Source of the DNA: Ginglymostoma cirratum
Taxonomy: Eukaryota
Assembly (NCBI GenBank): GCA_024137785.1
Contig: JAHRHZ010000025.1
Coordinates: 18,331,787-18,395,786 of the forward strand
Direction of reading: 5' to 3'
DNA: 64,000 nucleotides
A program made the position numbers and the translations under genes. Below, piece after piece: positions 48,247 through 61,075 of the stretch; within the stretch, counting starts at the first letter, position 1, and each line of letters begins with the position of its first letter. The notes under the pieces are model-generated. The model did not search any database. It saw only the letters and a program-made list of their open reading frames with translations, and had not been told where the DNA came from.

Positions 48247-50589
48247 GATTACTGTACTTATCTTTCACGTGTAGACATCACTGCATACCCTCGGGCCAAC
48301 TATAGCACAGTTTAAGTACCAGTTTAAAAAATAAGTGAAATACAAGGTCATCGAACTGAAATGCTAACTGAATTCCTCCTTCCTGCTGGTATTATTTTTA
48401 ACACGTTCCCTTTTTATTTCAGACAAGAGGGTCACCCTAAGAACACATGGAGGAAAGAACAACCCTAACAGGCAGCTATGACATCGCCATCTCTCGACAG
48501 TCCCTCTGACACAGGCCATCTCAATGACCAAAGTTGTCAAATTAGCACTCAATTTGAGCCTGTTCTTCTGCTGTAATTGTGGCCTTCAGCTCATAAGAAA
48601 CCTAATTTGAGACTGTCAGAACTAATTTAACTTGTGACCATGACCAGCGTTATGAAGGAAAACATCCTCTCATCCTGTATTTGCATTGAGTAGAAGCCAG
48701 TCTTTGTGCTGAACAATCATGTCAGTTTCCCCAGCCCTGCTTCAGGACAATAGGGAAAAGATGCAAGTGTGTTTTCCAGTGATAAATTAGCCTCAGACTC
48801 AAAATCCTCTTGAAATGTAATTATGACCAATACTACAAGAAAGAATGTGAATGCGAGAGACCCGAAATACAAAATTTCTACTTTTGAAATGTGGCAAAGA
48901 TATGAATTGTTTTAACACTGTACCAGCAGCAATTTTAAAAGTTATTTACTCCAAATAAGATCACAGTGGATGTTTAAAAGCTCAAAACCCTGCCAAAAAT
49001 ACGAGCCAAATTATCGATATTTTCAGTCAATCTATTCAGACGTTCCTCTGAAGCAGATGGGATTTGAACACAGCCCAAAAGGTAAAATTGCTATCATTAC
49101 ACCGTGAATTATATTTATTTCCTAATCAACCTGTTCAGAGAAGTTATTACACCCTTCTGGAGCAGGTGGAACATGAGATTTAAGCCCTCCTGGTCCAGAG
49201 GTAGGGACATCACCACTAGCACGAGTCCTACCATGAATTACACATTGAGTATAAAATATGAACCTCCAGTATTCGTGTAGCTGATTGCTATGTTGAAATG
49301 CAAAACAAAACATAACAGTGATTCAATTTAAATCAATGTGACACTTTTTGTGAATGAAGTAACTCTTCAAAGATGTTTTTAACCTCAATCAGAATGTTTT
49401 AAAAACTATCAAATTCATTTTCTTTGAATTCCTTGCATTAAATGCCAAAGTCATTCAACTGACATTGATTTTTTTTTGCAGTCTTTGAGCAATCTTGATC
49501 TTCTGCTGCAACATTACGCTGTTTCATTCCACTACAACTAACTGTTTCTTGGAGATCTTTGGTGGGTTCAACGTTTTATTTGTACTCCTCAAGGGTGCAT
49601 ATACCTGCGGTACTTCTGGTGATAATGTAAGCATTCGGATGGTATTCGTTCTATCACTTGCTTCTTGAGACCAGGTCCCTGTTCTCATGGTGCATTTGGC
49701 CCTGGGCAAATTATTCAAGACACATTCTCTCTTCTTCCATTCCTGCACCAGGTATTGATAGACACCAAATGCCCTTGCTGCCACCTCGTAAAGTGAAGGC
49801 TTAGCAAATCTTATGGCTTTTAGCTTGAAACCAATCTTGCATCTTAAGCTTTTTGTAGGAATGTCTATTTCTGTTCACAGCTCACCCGAGCCTGGTCTGT
49901 GTGGATGTGCCTAAAGCTCCAACCCATCGTCTTGGCAATGCATCCCATACCACCTGCTTGATTCCACGAGAGGGATAAAATGTGCATCTCCAAGGCGAAT
50001 GATTTTGAAGCTGACTCCAAATGCAAGTGAAGTATTTCTAAGCAGAACTGGGGGTTGACTTGTACATTGCCAAGTGTAGCCCTTGATGTTAATTTCAGCA
50101 GCAAAAAGATTTTGAGCTGTTATATAACCCGGCCCAACGTATACACCATGATCTACGGTACTTATTGAGGTGTGGCTTTTTGCAATCGCGCAGGCCTTCA
50201 GCACTGCACCCAACAGGCCAAACATCAAGTACGCCATGGGGCCATTTGACTACCTTGGGAGGAAAGAGGCATGAGCTACATTACAGATGGAGTACTGTAT
50301 GCATTTCTGAGAACAACACCTTAAGAAAGTCATACCTGAGACAAATTAAGCTTTACCAAAATGATACATGAATATCAATGGTTAGATTTTGAAGAGAAAT
50401 TACCCAAACTATGGTTGTATTCTCTTGTAGTGAGAAGATTAATGGGAGATTTGATCAAAGTCAAGTGGAGTAGATACAGTAAGAAACTATACCCACTGTT
50501 TACAGATTCTAAGACCTGGAGTTACAGTCTGCAAATTAGAGCCATTTTGCCCACAGTTTCACTGTTGGATAGTATTTAATGTTGCATTG

Positions 50590-51010
50590 GTAGTCAGGCT
50601 CCTTTAAGCCAGCAATTTATGGGTGTAAACCTGCTCCTGAGTTTGGAACCCATAATCTAGATGGGCATACTTACTGCAGAACTAAGGGAGTGCCATGCTT
50701 TTAGAGATGCCGTCTTTTGGACGAGCTGTTGAACCAAGGTCCTCTCAGTCCTCGCGGCTGGTTCCCAAATAGTCCCATAGTGCAATGCGAAGAAAAGACA
50801 AGTTCTCTGCAATCTCATCAATATTTTACCCCTCAAGCAACATCACTAAAACATTATCATCACATTGCCATTTGAGAAAGATTGCTGTGTGCAACTTGGA
50901 TGCTGCTTTTCTGATATTACAAGACTCTAAAGCAATTGGAAATTTGAGAAGCACTTCTGGGATGTCTTGATGTCATGGAAGGTGCTATAATTAATGCAAG
51001 TCTTTCTCTC
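50590..51010 (+). mobile_element. Deu-domain SINE
   Basis: agggagtgc...gatgccgtcttttggacgag..gttgaaccaagg...agcacttctgggatgtc..gtcatggaaggtgctata...atgcaagtcttt. Confidence 0.7.
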
Positions 51011-51764
51011 TTTTCTGTCGTCACCAGAACCACAACTGTGCAACTTGTTTGTTCAGCTTCTGACACCTATACAGCAAAAGACATTGACTGGTGGAAAAAA
51101 CATGGCAATGACACAATCATTTATGAAAGTAGGGGAAAATTCTCTGCAGCAACCAAGATGGAAGCCTCGGGTTATGAGAGAGTACACCGAACTAATAGTT
51201 TGTGCTAATATCTGAGAATGCACAGATCAACAGAAGCCGGCAGTACCCCTGCGTGTACCACCCACATGACAGACAAAACTGCCAAAGAAAATTATTTCTC
51301 TAGAAAGGGCAGGTGGGCCTCTCAGTTAACAAAACAGTACAAAATACCTTTTATTAGAACAGCAAGTGCCTTCAGATTAAAGGCCAAACTTCCTGAAACA
51401 GCTGTTTGGATTTTGCTTCCAGTCTGCTGAGTGTTCCAAAAAAGACCATCAGCTGGAAACTTTCTATTTACTTTTCAAAATATGTTCCGACATTTTCAAT
51501 TCATCGCTTTACGGCATGATACTGTACCCCCTGTGATGGGTTAGTTACGCAAACCTCAGATTCAAAGCAACGCCACTCACACACCAGGAGGGAATGGATC
51601 TGACTTGTACGAACAGGAATCGCCCAGTTAGCCCTCTTTCAGCAAAGTCATGGTTGTTCTGTATCTTAAATCAGCCAAACTGCCTTAGGCTCTGGGATCA
51701 AAACCAGAGATGCCCAAGTCACTGCACGGGACTTAGAATTATTTGGGAGGAGCAGCAGCTTGTC

Positions 51765-52172
51765 AGTAAGACACAGTGGGCAGCACACTTGCCTCTGAAT
51801 CGGAAGGTTGTAGGTTCAAGTCAGGCTGACACTCTGGTGCAGCAGCAAGATGGTGCTGCATCATTTATTGTCCATTAGAATGAAACATTAAACTGAAGTG
51901 GGGACTGCCACCTCAGGCAGATGAATACAGGAAACTATTTTGAAGAAGCATACCTTTGTCTTGACCGATGTTTATTCCCCAAACCATATCACGGATACAG
52001 ATTATCTGTTTATTAATACACAGCTCTTTACTGAACTCTGCTGTGGTCAAATTGGCTGCCACCTTTCCCACATTACAACAGGGACTACACTTCAAAGCTA
52101 CTTCATTGGTTGTAAGCCATTTTCGATATTTTGAATTTGTGAAAAGCACTGTACAAATGCAAGTCCTTTCTT
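51765..52172 (+). mobile_element. Deu-domain SINE
   Basis: cagtgggcagcacacttgcctctgaatcggaaggttgtaggttcaagtc tRNA-like head; gactacacttcaaag..acttcattggttgtaag; aaatgcaagtccttt tail. Confidence 0.75.
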
Positions 52173-53224
52173 TAGAGAAATTCCCACTGACTGTCCTTAT
52201 TCTGCTCCTGTCTCATTTTCTCCAACCTCAGAAATATATGTAGTTCCTTTCTGAAGGAGTTAATGGACACACCTTCAACATCACATGCTCCACCAACATC
52301 CTTTAAATTATCCATCCCACATCTGCCAAACTGTTAGCTCAGGAGACTGAAGCAAAACAAATTATAATTAAGTAGTGTTATGAATGATTTTCGTTGAATC
52401 CAATTTCCGGTCACAGTGAGAAACAGCTGATAGATCCTCCTGTTTAGTCCTCTTCCTTGCATGCTCAAAATGATATAGGGGATGCAATCCTGGGCTGTGA
52501 AGGTTGCTCAACAATTTACAAAGTATGCCCAGTTGAGTTGCTTTTGTAGAAGGTCAGTACAGACACAATGGGCCTAATGGTCTCTTTCTGAGCTATAACC
52601 ATTCTGCTGTTCTATTATCAACCTGAATTTTGTTCTTACACATTTTCTTTACTTTCTAGCTAGACAGGGAAATCTCTGCACTCTTCAGTTCTAGCCTCTC
52701 ATGCATCCTCAATTTCTACCTAAGTTGGGTCTTAACTTCTGGAATTCCCTCTCTAATCTGGTCTCTGTCTCTCAGCTCACTTAAAATGCTCAAAAACACC
52801 TACTTCTTTGACTAAATGGTCGGATATCTGTCTTAAAATCCTTCTTTATATTGCTTGGAATGGTTTGAAAATGATGCTGTGACACTTTACAACATTAATT
52901 ATGCCATAAATGTTGTTGTGAACCACAGCAAAACTAAGCTTCCACTGAAACAACCTCTCATCTAGCCACTCTGCCATTTTCAGCATTTCCCTTTCCCCCA
53001 TAGTAGTGGAGGTCAGATGTCTAAGCAGATGTAGTCTAGGCCTAGACCGCAATGCCATGTATGACAGGGTTTCCCATCAGCTGTTCCCATGGTGATGGTC
53101 ACCAAGGATCAGGCATGTTGTGGCATCTCTCAGGGCTTGGCTTTGGAGAGGTATGGAAATGGGCGGAGGGTGTGGGGTGTGACTGCAAACTTTGAGGCGC
53201 AAGAAAGAGAAAAGACTTTCTCAC

Positions 53225-53400
53225 CTTTGGTTTTGAACGCAAAGTTACAATAGTTGCAGACGTATGGCCGGAGGTCTGTGTGTGTGCGAATGTGTTTCTT
53301 CAGCATGCTGGGTTTCTTACAGCGAATCCCACATTCCTCGCACACATACTTTCCCCTTCCTCGCCCTCGCACATAAACATAATCTTCATTGGACTTATAC
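53225..53400 (-). CDS. HIVEP3: HIVEP3 (Schnurri-3) internal coding exon: first C2H2 finger of the C-terminal pair and most of the second
   Basis: Translates (G)[58 protein letters not shown](G), the near-invariant HIVEP ZAS2 fingers. Acceptor TTTTTGTAG|G at 53401/53400, donor AAAG|GTGAG at 53225/53224; 176 bp = 1+174+1. Confidence 0.95.
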
Positions 53401-56299
53401 CTACAAAAACAATAAACAAAATAACAACAGTTAATGAATCTTCCTAAAAAAAAATCTCAAATAAAAAGGCTAAGTGGCAGTCGATGAGGGGGATGGGGCA
53501 GAGACAGAGCAGGGGGCAGGACAGAAAAAAAAATAGGCTCACATTGCACGCTTAGAATCTTCAGGAAGTACCACCAGACCAAGGGTGACAATGGCTAAAG
53601 GCAGGCTGTGGTGGACCTTAAAGAACATTTGATGCAAATGTGTTAGAACTTCTGTTATAAAAATAGTAAGGTGCTAAGGACCCAGATTTGAATTATACTG
53701 GCTGTACACTGGGTAGGTTGTTCAGTTCATTTAAAAAGAGAAATCAAAGCTGCACTTGAAGCCAATACAAGACTAATGTCCAATGTAATCTCTGGCAGGA
53801 CTTTCCCTCCTCTTGAAGGAACAACACTAGTGTTAAGGAAGACTGACATTTACAAAGTGCTTTTCGTGACAATTGGATGGTTCAAACTTTACAGACATTG
53901 GCATAGTTTGAAGTGTAGTCAATGTTCTAATGTAGGAAATGACAATTTTCACACTGCGAACTCCCACAAGTTATGTAATAACAGTAAAATTATCTGTTTT
54001 GGTGCTTGCAGTCGAGGATTAAATATGAGCCAGAGATAAATTCCTCTGCTCTTCTTCAAAACAGTGCCACAGGATCTTGTTACACTTAGTAGATCAGGTG
54101 GAGCAGGCCTCGGTCACATCCAAGATTGAATCCTTTTTTTTGTGTGGAAGACAATTTCAAACTTCTATCACCTTTGAGTGAAGAAATGGTTCCTAGTTTC
54201 AAACATGAAAGATTCTGGATCCTACTTTCAGATTAAATCTTCCAGTTTTAGGTCCCCGAAGCAGCAAAAAACAAACAATCAAACAATCATTTTGCTCGAT
54301 CTGCTCCCAGATCCATTCCTCTAAATAACTTAAAAACCTTAAATCAAATCAAACATTCATATTTTTCCATTCTAAGGCATACACCTGCCTCAGAGAAACG
54401 TGTACGTGCTCCTCATTGGTCTTTCCTGGCATTAGTATGTCATCTAGACAAATTAATCTTGACAATATAGACAAAGCAGAGGTCGACAGCACCCCCTCCC
54501 CCCCGATAACTAAAACTGAAGCACCTAGAGAGGCTCGTTTCGATATGTAATCCATTAAAAGAAGTGTGAAATTTTGTATAACCTGCCTCTCACACCCCAC
54601 ATCTGTTTATGATGGAGTGGGTAAATGAAATAAACTCCTGACAGTCACTCTATAAGCAACAAGTAACAAGTTATTTATTTAGCCCTAACAGTGAACATAT
54701 TAACTGAACTATTAACCAAACTCCACTAGCCTCTTTGAACTTCCATTTATTCAAGTTTTCAACATTTAGAAAATACTATACTTCATCATGCTTAGGCCCA
54801 AAGAGCAGGACCTCACATTTTTTTGCATTGAAATATATTTGTCAAAGCATTTCCATTCAATCCATTCATTAATCTCTCTTAGTTCAATGCTCCCATTTAT
54901 ACCAATTAGTGTTGCCTTTCTTTGTGCTTCCTCCAAATATGAACATGTAGCTTTCTATCCCATCAGTTAAGTCGTTATAAACATGGTGAGTCGTTGTAAC
55001 CCTAACACAGATCCTTGTGGGACATTGAGTCACGTTGAGCTGGTTAGCGCACCTGCCCATTATCACTTCTGTCTCCTCCCACTTAGCCAACTTCCTAAAT
55101 TTGTCAACAATGTGTCCATACTGCCAAAAGTGAACTTGCCCCCCACAACCCACACCAACACCCAGTCCACAAACTCTCACACACACACCTCTCATCCCAC
55201 ACTTAACAGCCAGGCACACCTCAGACGAAGACACATAGAATTGTTCCTGAGCTGTATGCTATTTGGTAGGACATAAATCTTTTCAAAAGAATCCAAATGA
55301 CTTAAACCGACTGTGGTTGGAATGGGAGTGTGCTGATGTTGGGAGTTGGTGCAATGACCACTTAACCCAGCTTTAAGTGTATCATACTATGACATTAACC
55401 ACTGCACAGGGGTAGCACATGCCATTAATTTAACAACCCTTGAACTAAAGCACCAGGCACTAAATCGCCCTGTGATTTAGGTGTTGAAAATGGCATGACC
55501 CTGGTAAAAATAATGGGCTCTCCAGCAGCTTGGTTGGATTATGTTTGGCTGGATGCAAAGCCCAGATGCCAACTTTCTCTTCGAGTCTATTTTGACTTTA
55601 TTCATCTCATAAACTTTTACAAGTCCCTGCAAAAGAAATTCTGTTTCTTCCGATTTTGCTCTCTTGCTGGTACCACAACATAGACCCATACACTGGATGA
55701 CAAGATAGAGCCATACTAGTGACACATTTCTCCCCGACCCCATCTCCAAGAATATCAGCTGGTGAGGGAGGGGTTTAAACAAACCTGGCACTCTCCACTC
55801 AAACAGTTATAATGCAAACAGAAGCACTGCCTGTGAAACTACTGAATACTTCCCCTGAAACATTTCCCTTTCTGTTTGGGCTTTGAGCCAGTCTTTGGTA
55901 TAACCGTAAGTACCAAACTCTTTCTTGAATGAGATCTTACTGCTCACAAGGGTAACAGATGCAACTGTGAAGCTATTTTTTCTTAGGTTGCAGTTCTAAT
56001 ATTTTCATATCATTTGCATCAGGCAAACAAATGCAATGACACAAGGTTCTTTATTTAAGCTCTGGATTGCACAAAGGGGGTTTACAGTACGGCACACCAT
56101 CTGTATCAGTGCTCTGCTTTTGAGTCAGCAAATTATATATGCATCGGCAGACAGTGACTGTTTTAACTGGCAACAGAGTGAGCATTGTCAAGTAATCTCT
56201 ACGCATTTTCACCATACTTCGCCCTGAACTGTTTTGTCAGGGGCTCCTGACCTCTGTGAAAGTGGAATTTTCTTACAGAGGAATATTTTTTCCCTATTC

Positions 56300-56620
56300 A
56301 TTCATGGGACGCAGCCTTGGCTGGCAAGGCATAGATTTATTACCCATCCCTAAATTGCCCGTAAAAGGTGGTGGTGGTGATCTGCCTTCTTGAACCACGG
56401 CAGTCCATGTGGCATGGGTACACAGAGTGCTAGTAGGGAGGAGATTTCTGAATTTTACTTCATCAGTGATAGTGAAGGGACTGCAATGTAGTCCTGAGTC
56501 AGGGTGATGTGTGAATTAATTGGAGGGTAACTTGCAGGCAGCAGTGTGTCTATGGGTGTGTCCTCCTTGTCTTTCTCAATGATAGTTGTTGTGGGTTTGC
56601 CTGGAGAGTATGTGTCTGGA
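56300..56620 (-). mobile_element. LINE 3' end (GGGCAATAAATGC family)
   Basis: ttcattcatggga...atttattacccatccctaaattgccc...aaggtggtggtg...gccttcttgaacc. Confidence 0.7.
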
Positions 56621-57329
56621 GTATTTACATATTTGTGGGAGGGGGAGAGGCAGGCAGCTGGAAGGTGTGACGGAATAACATTTTCCTTACTTATGCAAGC
56701 TCATAAATTAATCAGTTTTGTTTCCCAACTGTCCCTTTTACTTCCTGAAAATGTCAAGACACAATCCACTGATGCTTAAAGCCTTGCTCTACTTTGCCTG
56801 CTATTCACAACAGGAGTCCATGCAACTGTTAGTAGATCCAGAAATCACTGACCTACTTAGAGCAGGTCAGCTGCAGCAATTGAACTGGGAAAGCGGAGGG
56901 GGTAGCTTATTTATTTGTTTCAATTCCCCCAACCTTCAGGGTGATGGACAGTTTCAGAGGGTCACCTTCTGATCCAAACACTGTTAAACAGGAAGCACAA
57001 ACTATCATTTGCAGTCAGTAAGGCAATCAGACCAAAAAAAGATGTTATTCAGCACAGTATGATGCCGCAAATAGTAATGAAGTGGATGACCAAATCAGTC
57101 AGCTGGGCTAGAACAAGTTTATTCACTTCTCAAATAAACAGCCATCTGAACCATTGGAACAGGAGGATGAGGCCACTTTAAGGCTCATTGAAAGAATGGG
57201 ACCCATCCCCGCCCACAGCTGATTAATTCTCGAGTATTATTCAAGGATCAGAGTCTACTCTGAAGAGTAAGATACTTAGAGGGTAGATAGCCACAAACTG
57301 ACACCACTAGCAGACAAAGTAAAGGGGAG

Positions 57330-57692
57330 GTAGACAAATGAGAGGCTGGAAGATCACAGCAAGCCAGGCAGCATCTGGAGAAAAGGAGCAATCAGCATTT
57401 CGTGTATTACCCTTCTTCAGGACTCTAAAGAGCGGAAAGGTTGAAGAGATCATAGCACTGTGGCAGTGAGAAAGGGACTCACTGAGTTCATGTCTGAGGG
57501 AGGCAGAGAACATCTTCAAAGTGGCCATCCTTTGAAGATACTTTGCAGCCGTAAAAGTTGGTCAGAGTCAGAAAAACTGCAAATGCTGGAATCCATGGTA
57601 GACAAACAGGAGGCGGGAAGAACACAGCAAGCCATGCAGCATCTGGAGGAAAGGAGCAGTCAACATTTTGGGTATCAGCCTTCTTTAGGACT
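57330..57692 (-). mobile_element. Penelope-like partial tandem repeat with two decayed hammerhead motifs
   Basis: About 95-bp direct repeat (57331-57424 vs 57599-57692) separated by about 175 bp; CTGAAGA..GAAA and CTAAAGA..AAAA cores on the minus strand. Confidence 0.7.
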
Positions 57693-58699
57693 CAGGATTT
57701 TCTATGCCAATTTTCTATAGTGTGAGGTCACACAAGAACACAACTATCATGTTATAGGAGAACTACCTGTACGTACATCTCCTCTCTACAGCAGAGTGGC
57801 TGGATGAGGGAAAATCTCCTTTGTGTCTAGAACTGCCTTCTGACACTCAGCTCTTTGAAAAGAAAGATTTTCTTTTTATTTTTCAATTCCTACAGGGAAG
57901 CAAGGGGGAGATGTGTGGAGAAGGTAATGTGAATGATTAAATGTCACATCATTCTGCCAATATGCATATTGCTGTACCACTGCACTGTCTCCATAAACAA
58001 TGCTAACTGACTGACATTCATCTAGAGTAAATTTTCAGTGCAATCCCCATTAAGTACATGTCTGGGCTATGGTCTCAAAACCAATTAAACTTACACCAAC
58101 GACTAAACATTTTGCACCTTGTATAATCCTAAATTGGCAACAGAGTTCCACCCTTGACTAGTTTCAAGTGTGGATCTCAAGTTCATTAGCTGGAGACTGT
58201 GTTACAAACAATCTTTAATAGTCTGCATGCTCAGGGCTACAATTTTCTTCACTGTACTATACAATCACCAACTTTACAGCAATGTTTCATCCTGATTATG
58301 TGCTTATAGTCTTCATTCCAATTTAATATCAACCTCCCTCCCCTGCTGAATAACTACAAACTCTGAATCAATGCGAGAACACTGACAGATATTTTTTGGG
58401 GTGCGGTTTTTGGTGGCAATGGTCTCGGAGCACTATTAGAAAACGCTGATTGTTCTCATTTTCAACATTTGCTGTACGAAGTCTCACAGACACCTGTAAT
58501 GGCTGCAGCAGTCATGCAAATAAAAAGGTTCAACTCTCAAGTATTGCTCTCAGGATTCACATCGGATGTCATTTCTGTGATATGAGCTTCAGAAAGTTTG
58601 TTGTGGTATGTTGTCTGTTTGGCTATCCAGATGAGAAAGTTGTATGTTGTTGCAAGTGACATGATGTAAGTAACCCTTTATATGTAGTGATGTCCATTG

Positions 58700-59195
58700 C
58701 TCACAATATATGGTCCTCCGTTCTGGAAGACCAAACACAGGTAAGATGATCATTTTGCTTAATACCTCCCATTCCCACTTGGACCTCTCTGACCTTGACC
58801 TCCTACATTGCCCCAAACTCAATTATGAGTTTAATAACTTTACACCTTGACTGCAAGGTAATGATTGTGCAGCTGCCACTTATACCTCTTTTAGGCTCAA
58901 TTTTAGTTTATTCTTTTGTCCCACATACTGCCTTTTTTCCTCATTCAATAATCTCTTCTGTTATTTAATAATTTCTGTTCTTCACCTCTATTACATGCTT
59001 TCATCTGTGTTCTTTCCTTCTCTCCCTGTCTTTTCTCTATCTCTGGACTTATTAAAATTATTTAACTTCTAATTTTTTGAGTTCTGATCCAAATCATTGG
59101 CCTAAAAGGCTAATTCTGTTTCCTTCTCCACAGATGCTGCTTTACTGGCTGAGTATTTCCACTATTTCTGTTTTATTACAGATTTCCAGTATCTA
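58700..59195 (+). mobile_element. Penelope-like element 3' remnant (possible GIY-YIG end plus pLTR)
   Basis: gaagaccaaacacag...cccattcccacttggacctctctg...ctcctacattg...gagtttaataacttta, then ctccacagatgctgc...gagtatttcca...cagatttccag terminus. Confidence 0.5.
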
Positions 59196-59214
59196 GGTCA
59201 GAAATAATTGTGCA

Positions 59215-61075
59215 AACTTACACAAGGGTAATTACAAAGGAGTGTGAACAGAATTGGCTAGAGTGAACTGGGAAAGTAGTTTAGTTGAAAACAAATGTCT
59301 GACATTGTTCATCACTAAGAAAACAGCTCATGTCCAAGCAAAGATATATCTTAGTGAGAAGGAGGATTCTCAAAAGGGGCTAAACCAACCATGGTTAAAC
59401 AAGGAAGTTAATGATAGCATCAAATTGAAAGAGAAGACGTACAATATAGAAAAGATTAATGGTAAGCCAGAGATTTTGGCAAGTTTATTTGAAAAAAAAC
59501 AAAAGATGACTAAAAACAATAAAAAGCAAAGAGAGAGAAAATAAACTTTGAGGGTAAACTAGCAAGCAACATCAAAATGGACAGGAAAAACTTCTTAAGA
59601 AGGAAGTTATAGGCCAAAGTGAACATGGGCCCCTTACAGAATAAGTTTGGAGAAATAATAATAGCAGAAGAGTTGAATAAATACGTTGCATCAGTCTTCA
59701 TGGTAGAAGACACTAACTGCATTCCAAAAACACTAAATAATCAACAGATAAAAAAGGAGAAGAAAAGACTAAATACAATAACTATCACTAGAGATAAAGT
59801 ACCACGGAAAATTAAGGGGCTAAAGGCTGATAAGACTCCTTGACTTGATGTTAAAATTCTTTGAGGGACGAACAAGCAGGATAGGTAATAGAAACCAGTA
59901 GATGTAATATATTTGGAATTCCAAAAGATGTTTGATAAGGTACTGCACAGAAAGCTACTTAACCAGATAAGAACACATGTTTTTTTGAGATAATATATTA
60001 TCACGAACAGTTGATTGGACAATGATCAGAAGACAGTGTTGGGATAAGGGGGCATTTTCAGGATGGCAATCTGTAACTCAATGCCACAGGTTTCAGTGCT
60101 GGGGCCACAATTCTTTACAACGTTTATTGATGACGTAGATGAGCGAAGTGAATATACCATCGCCAGGTTTGCAAACGACACAGAAGTAGGCGGAAGGGCA
60201 AGTCATGAGGGTGACACAATCTACGGAGAGATGTAAACATGTTAAGCGAGTGGGCAAAAAAGAAAGAGTGTGTTCCGGATGGAATACAAAGTGGGAAAAG
60301 TGTGAGGTTATACACTTTGGCACGACAGATAGAGAAGCTGAATGGGGGCGGGGGGAACACTACAGAAAGCTGCAGCATAGAGGTATTTGGGGGGGGGTGG
60401 GTTCTTTGTGCATGAATTACCAAACCTAGTATACAAGCTGAGTAGGAAAGACCAATGGGATGTTGGCCTTCAGCTCAAAGAGAACGGAGTGTGAAAATCG
60501 GGCATGTCTTGCTAGAATTACGTAAAACATTCAAGTTAGACCATACTTAGAATACTGTGAACAGTTCAGTCTCCTTATCTAGGGAAAGATATACTAACAT
60601 TGGGTGCAGTCTAGAGAAGGTACACTGGGTTGATCCTGTGAATGGAGGGAATTTCCCATCAGGACAGACAGAGTAGGTTGGAGCTGTACTCATTAAAATT
60701 TAGAAGAATGAGAGGCAACCTTATTGAAACATAAGATTCTTAGGGGGTGTGGCAAGGTAGATTTGGAAAAGTTGTTTCCCCTTGAAGCACAGTCCAGGAC
60801 CAGAGAAAATATTCTCTCCCAAAAAGGGCTTCCAGTTAAGATAGAGATGAAAGTGATTTCTTCTCTCAGAAGGGAACTGAATCTATGGATTTTTATTTTA
60901 CCTCAGGATTTCTGAAGTTCATTCAAGACTGAGACACAAAGGTTTCTAATCAATAAGGGTTATGGGGAAAAGACAGGAAAGTAGAGTTGTAGAATATCAG
61001 ATCTGTCATGATCTCATTGCATGGCAGAATAGACTTGATGGGTCGAATGGCCTACTTACGTTCTTATGCTTTACA
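59215..61075 (+). mobile_element. Degenerate CR1 LINE ORF2 with internal deletion
   Basis: NQPWLNKEV, AEELNKY-ASVF, LKADKTP, VDVIYLEFQK-FDKV, SVLGPQ-F, RFANDT and KCEVIHFG motifs; 3' UTR gatgggtcgaatggcctact..ttcttatg. Confidence 0.9.

Noticed and set aside
49524-50237. Cluster of 79-108 aa minus-strand ORFs in an intron
   Set aside because: No recognisable motif, and the flanking HIVEP3 exons join in frame through the middle of a zinc finger, leaving no room for an extra coding exon.
53130-53372. ORF-track start and stop for the zinc-finger ORF
   Set aside because: The GTG start and the tail after KTKG are artefacts; true limits are the splice sites at 53400 and 53225.
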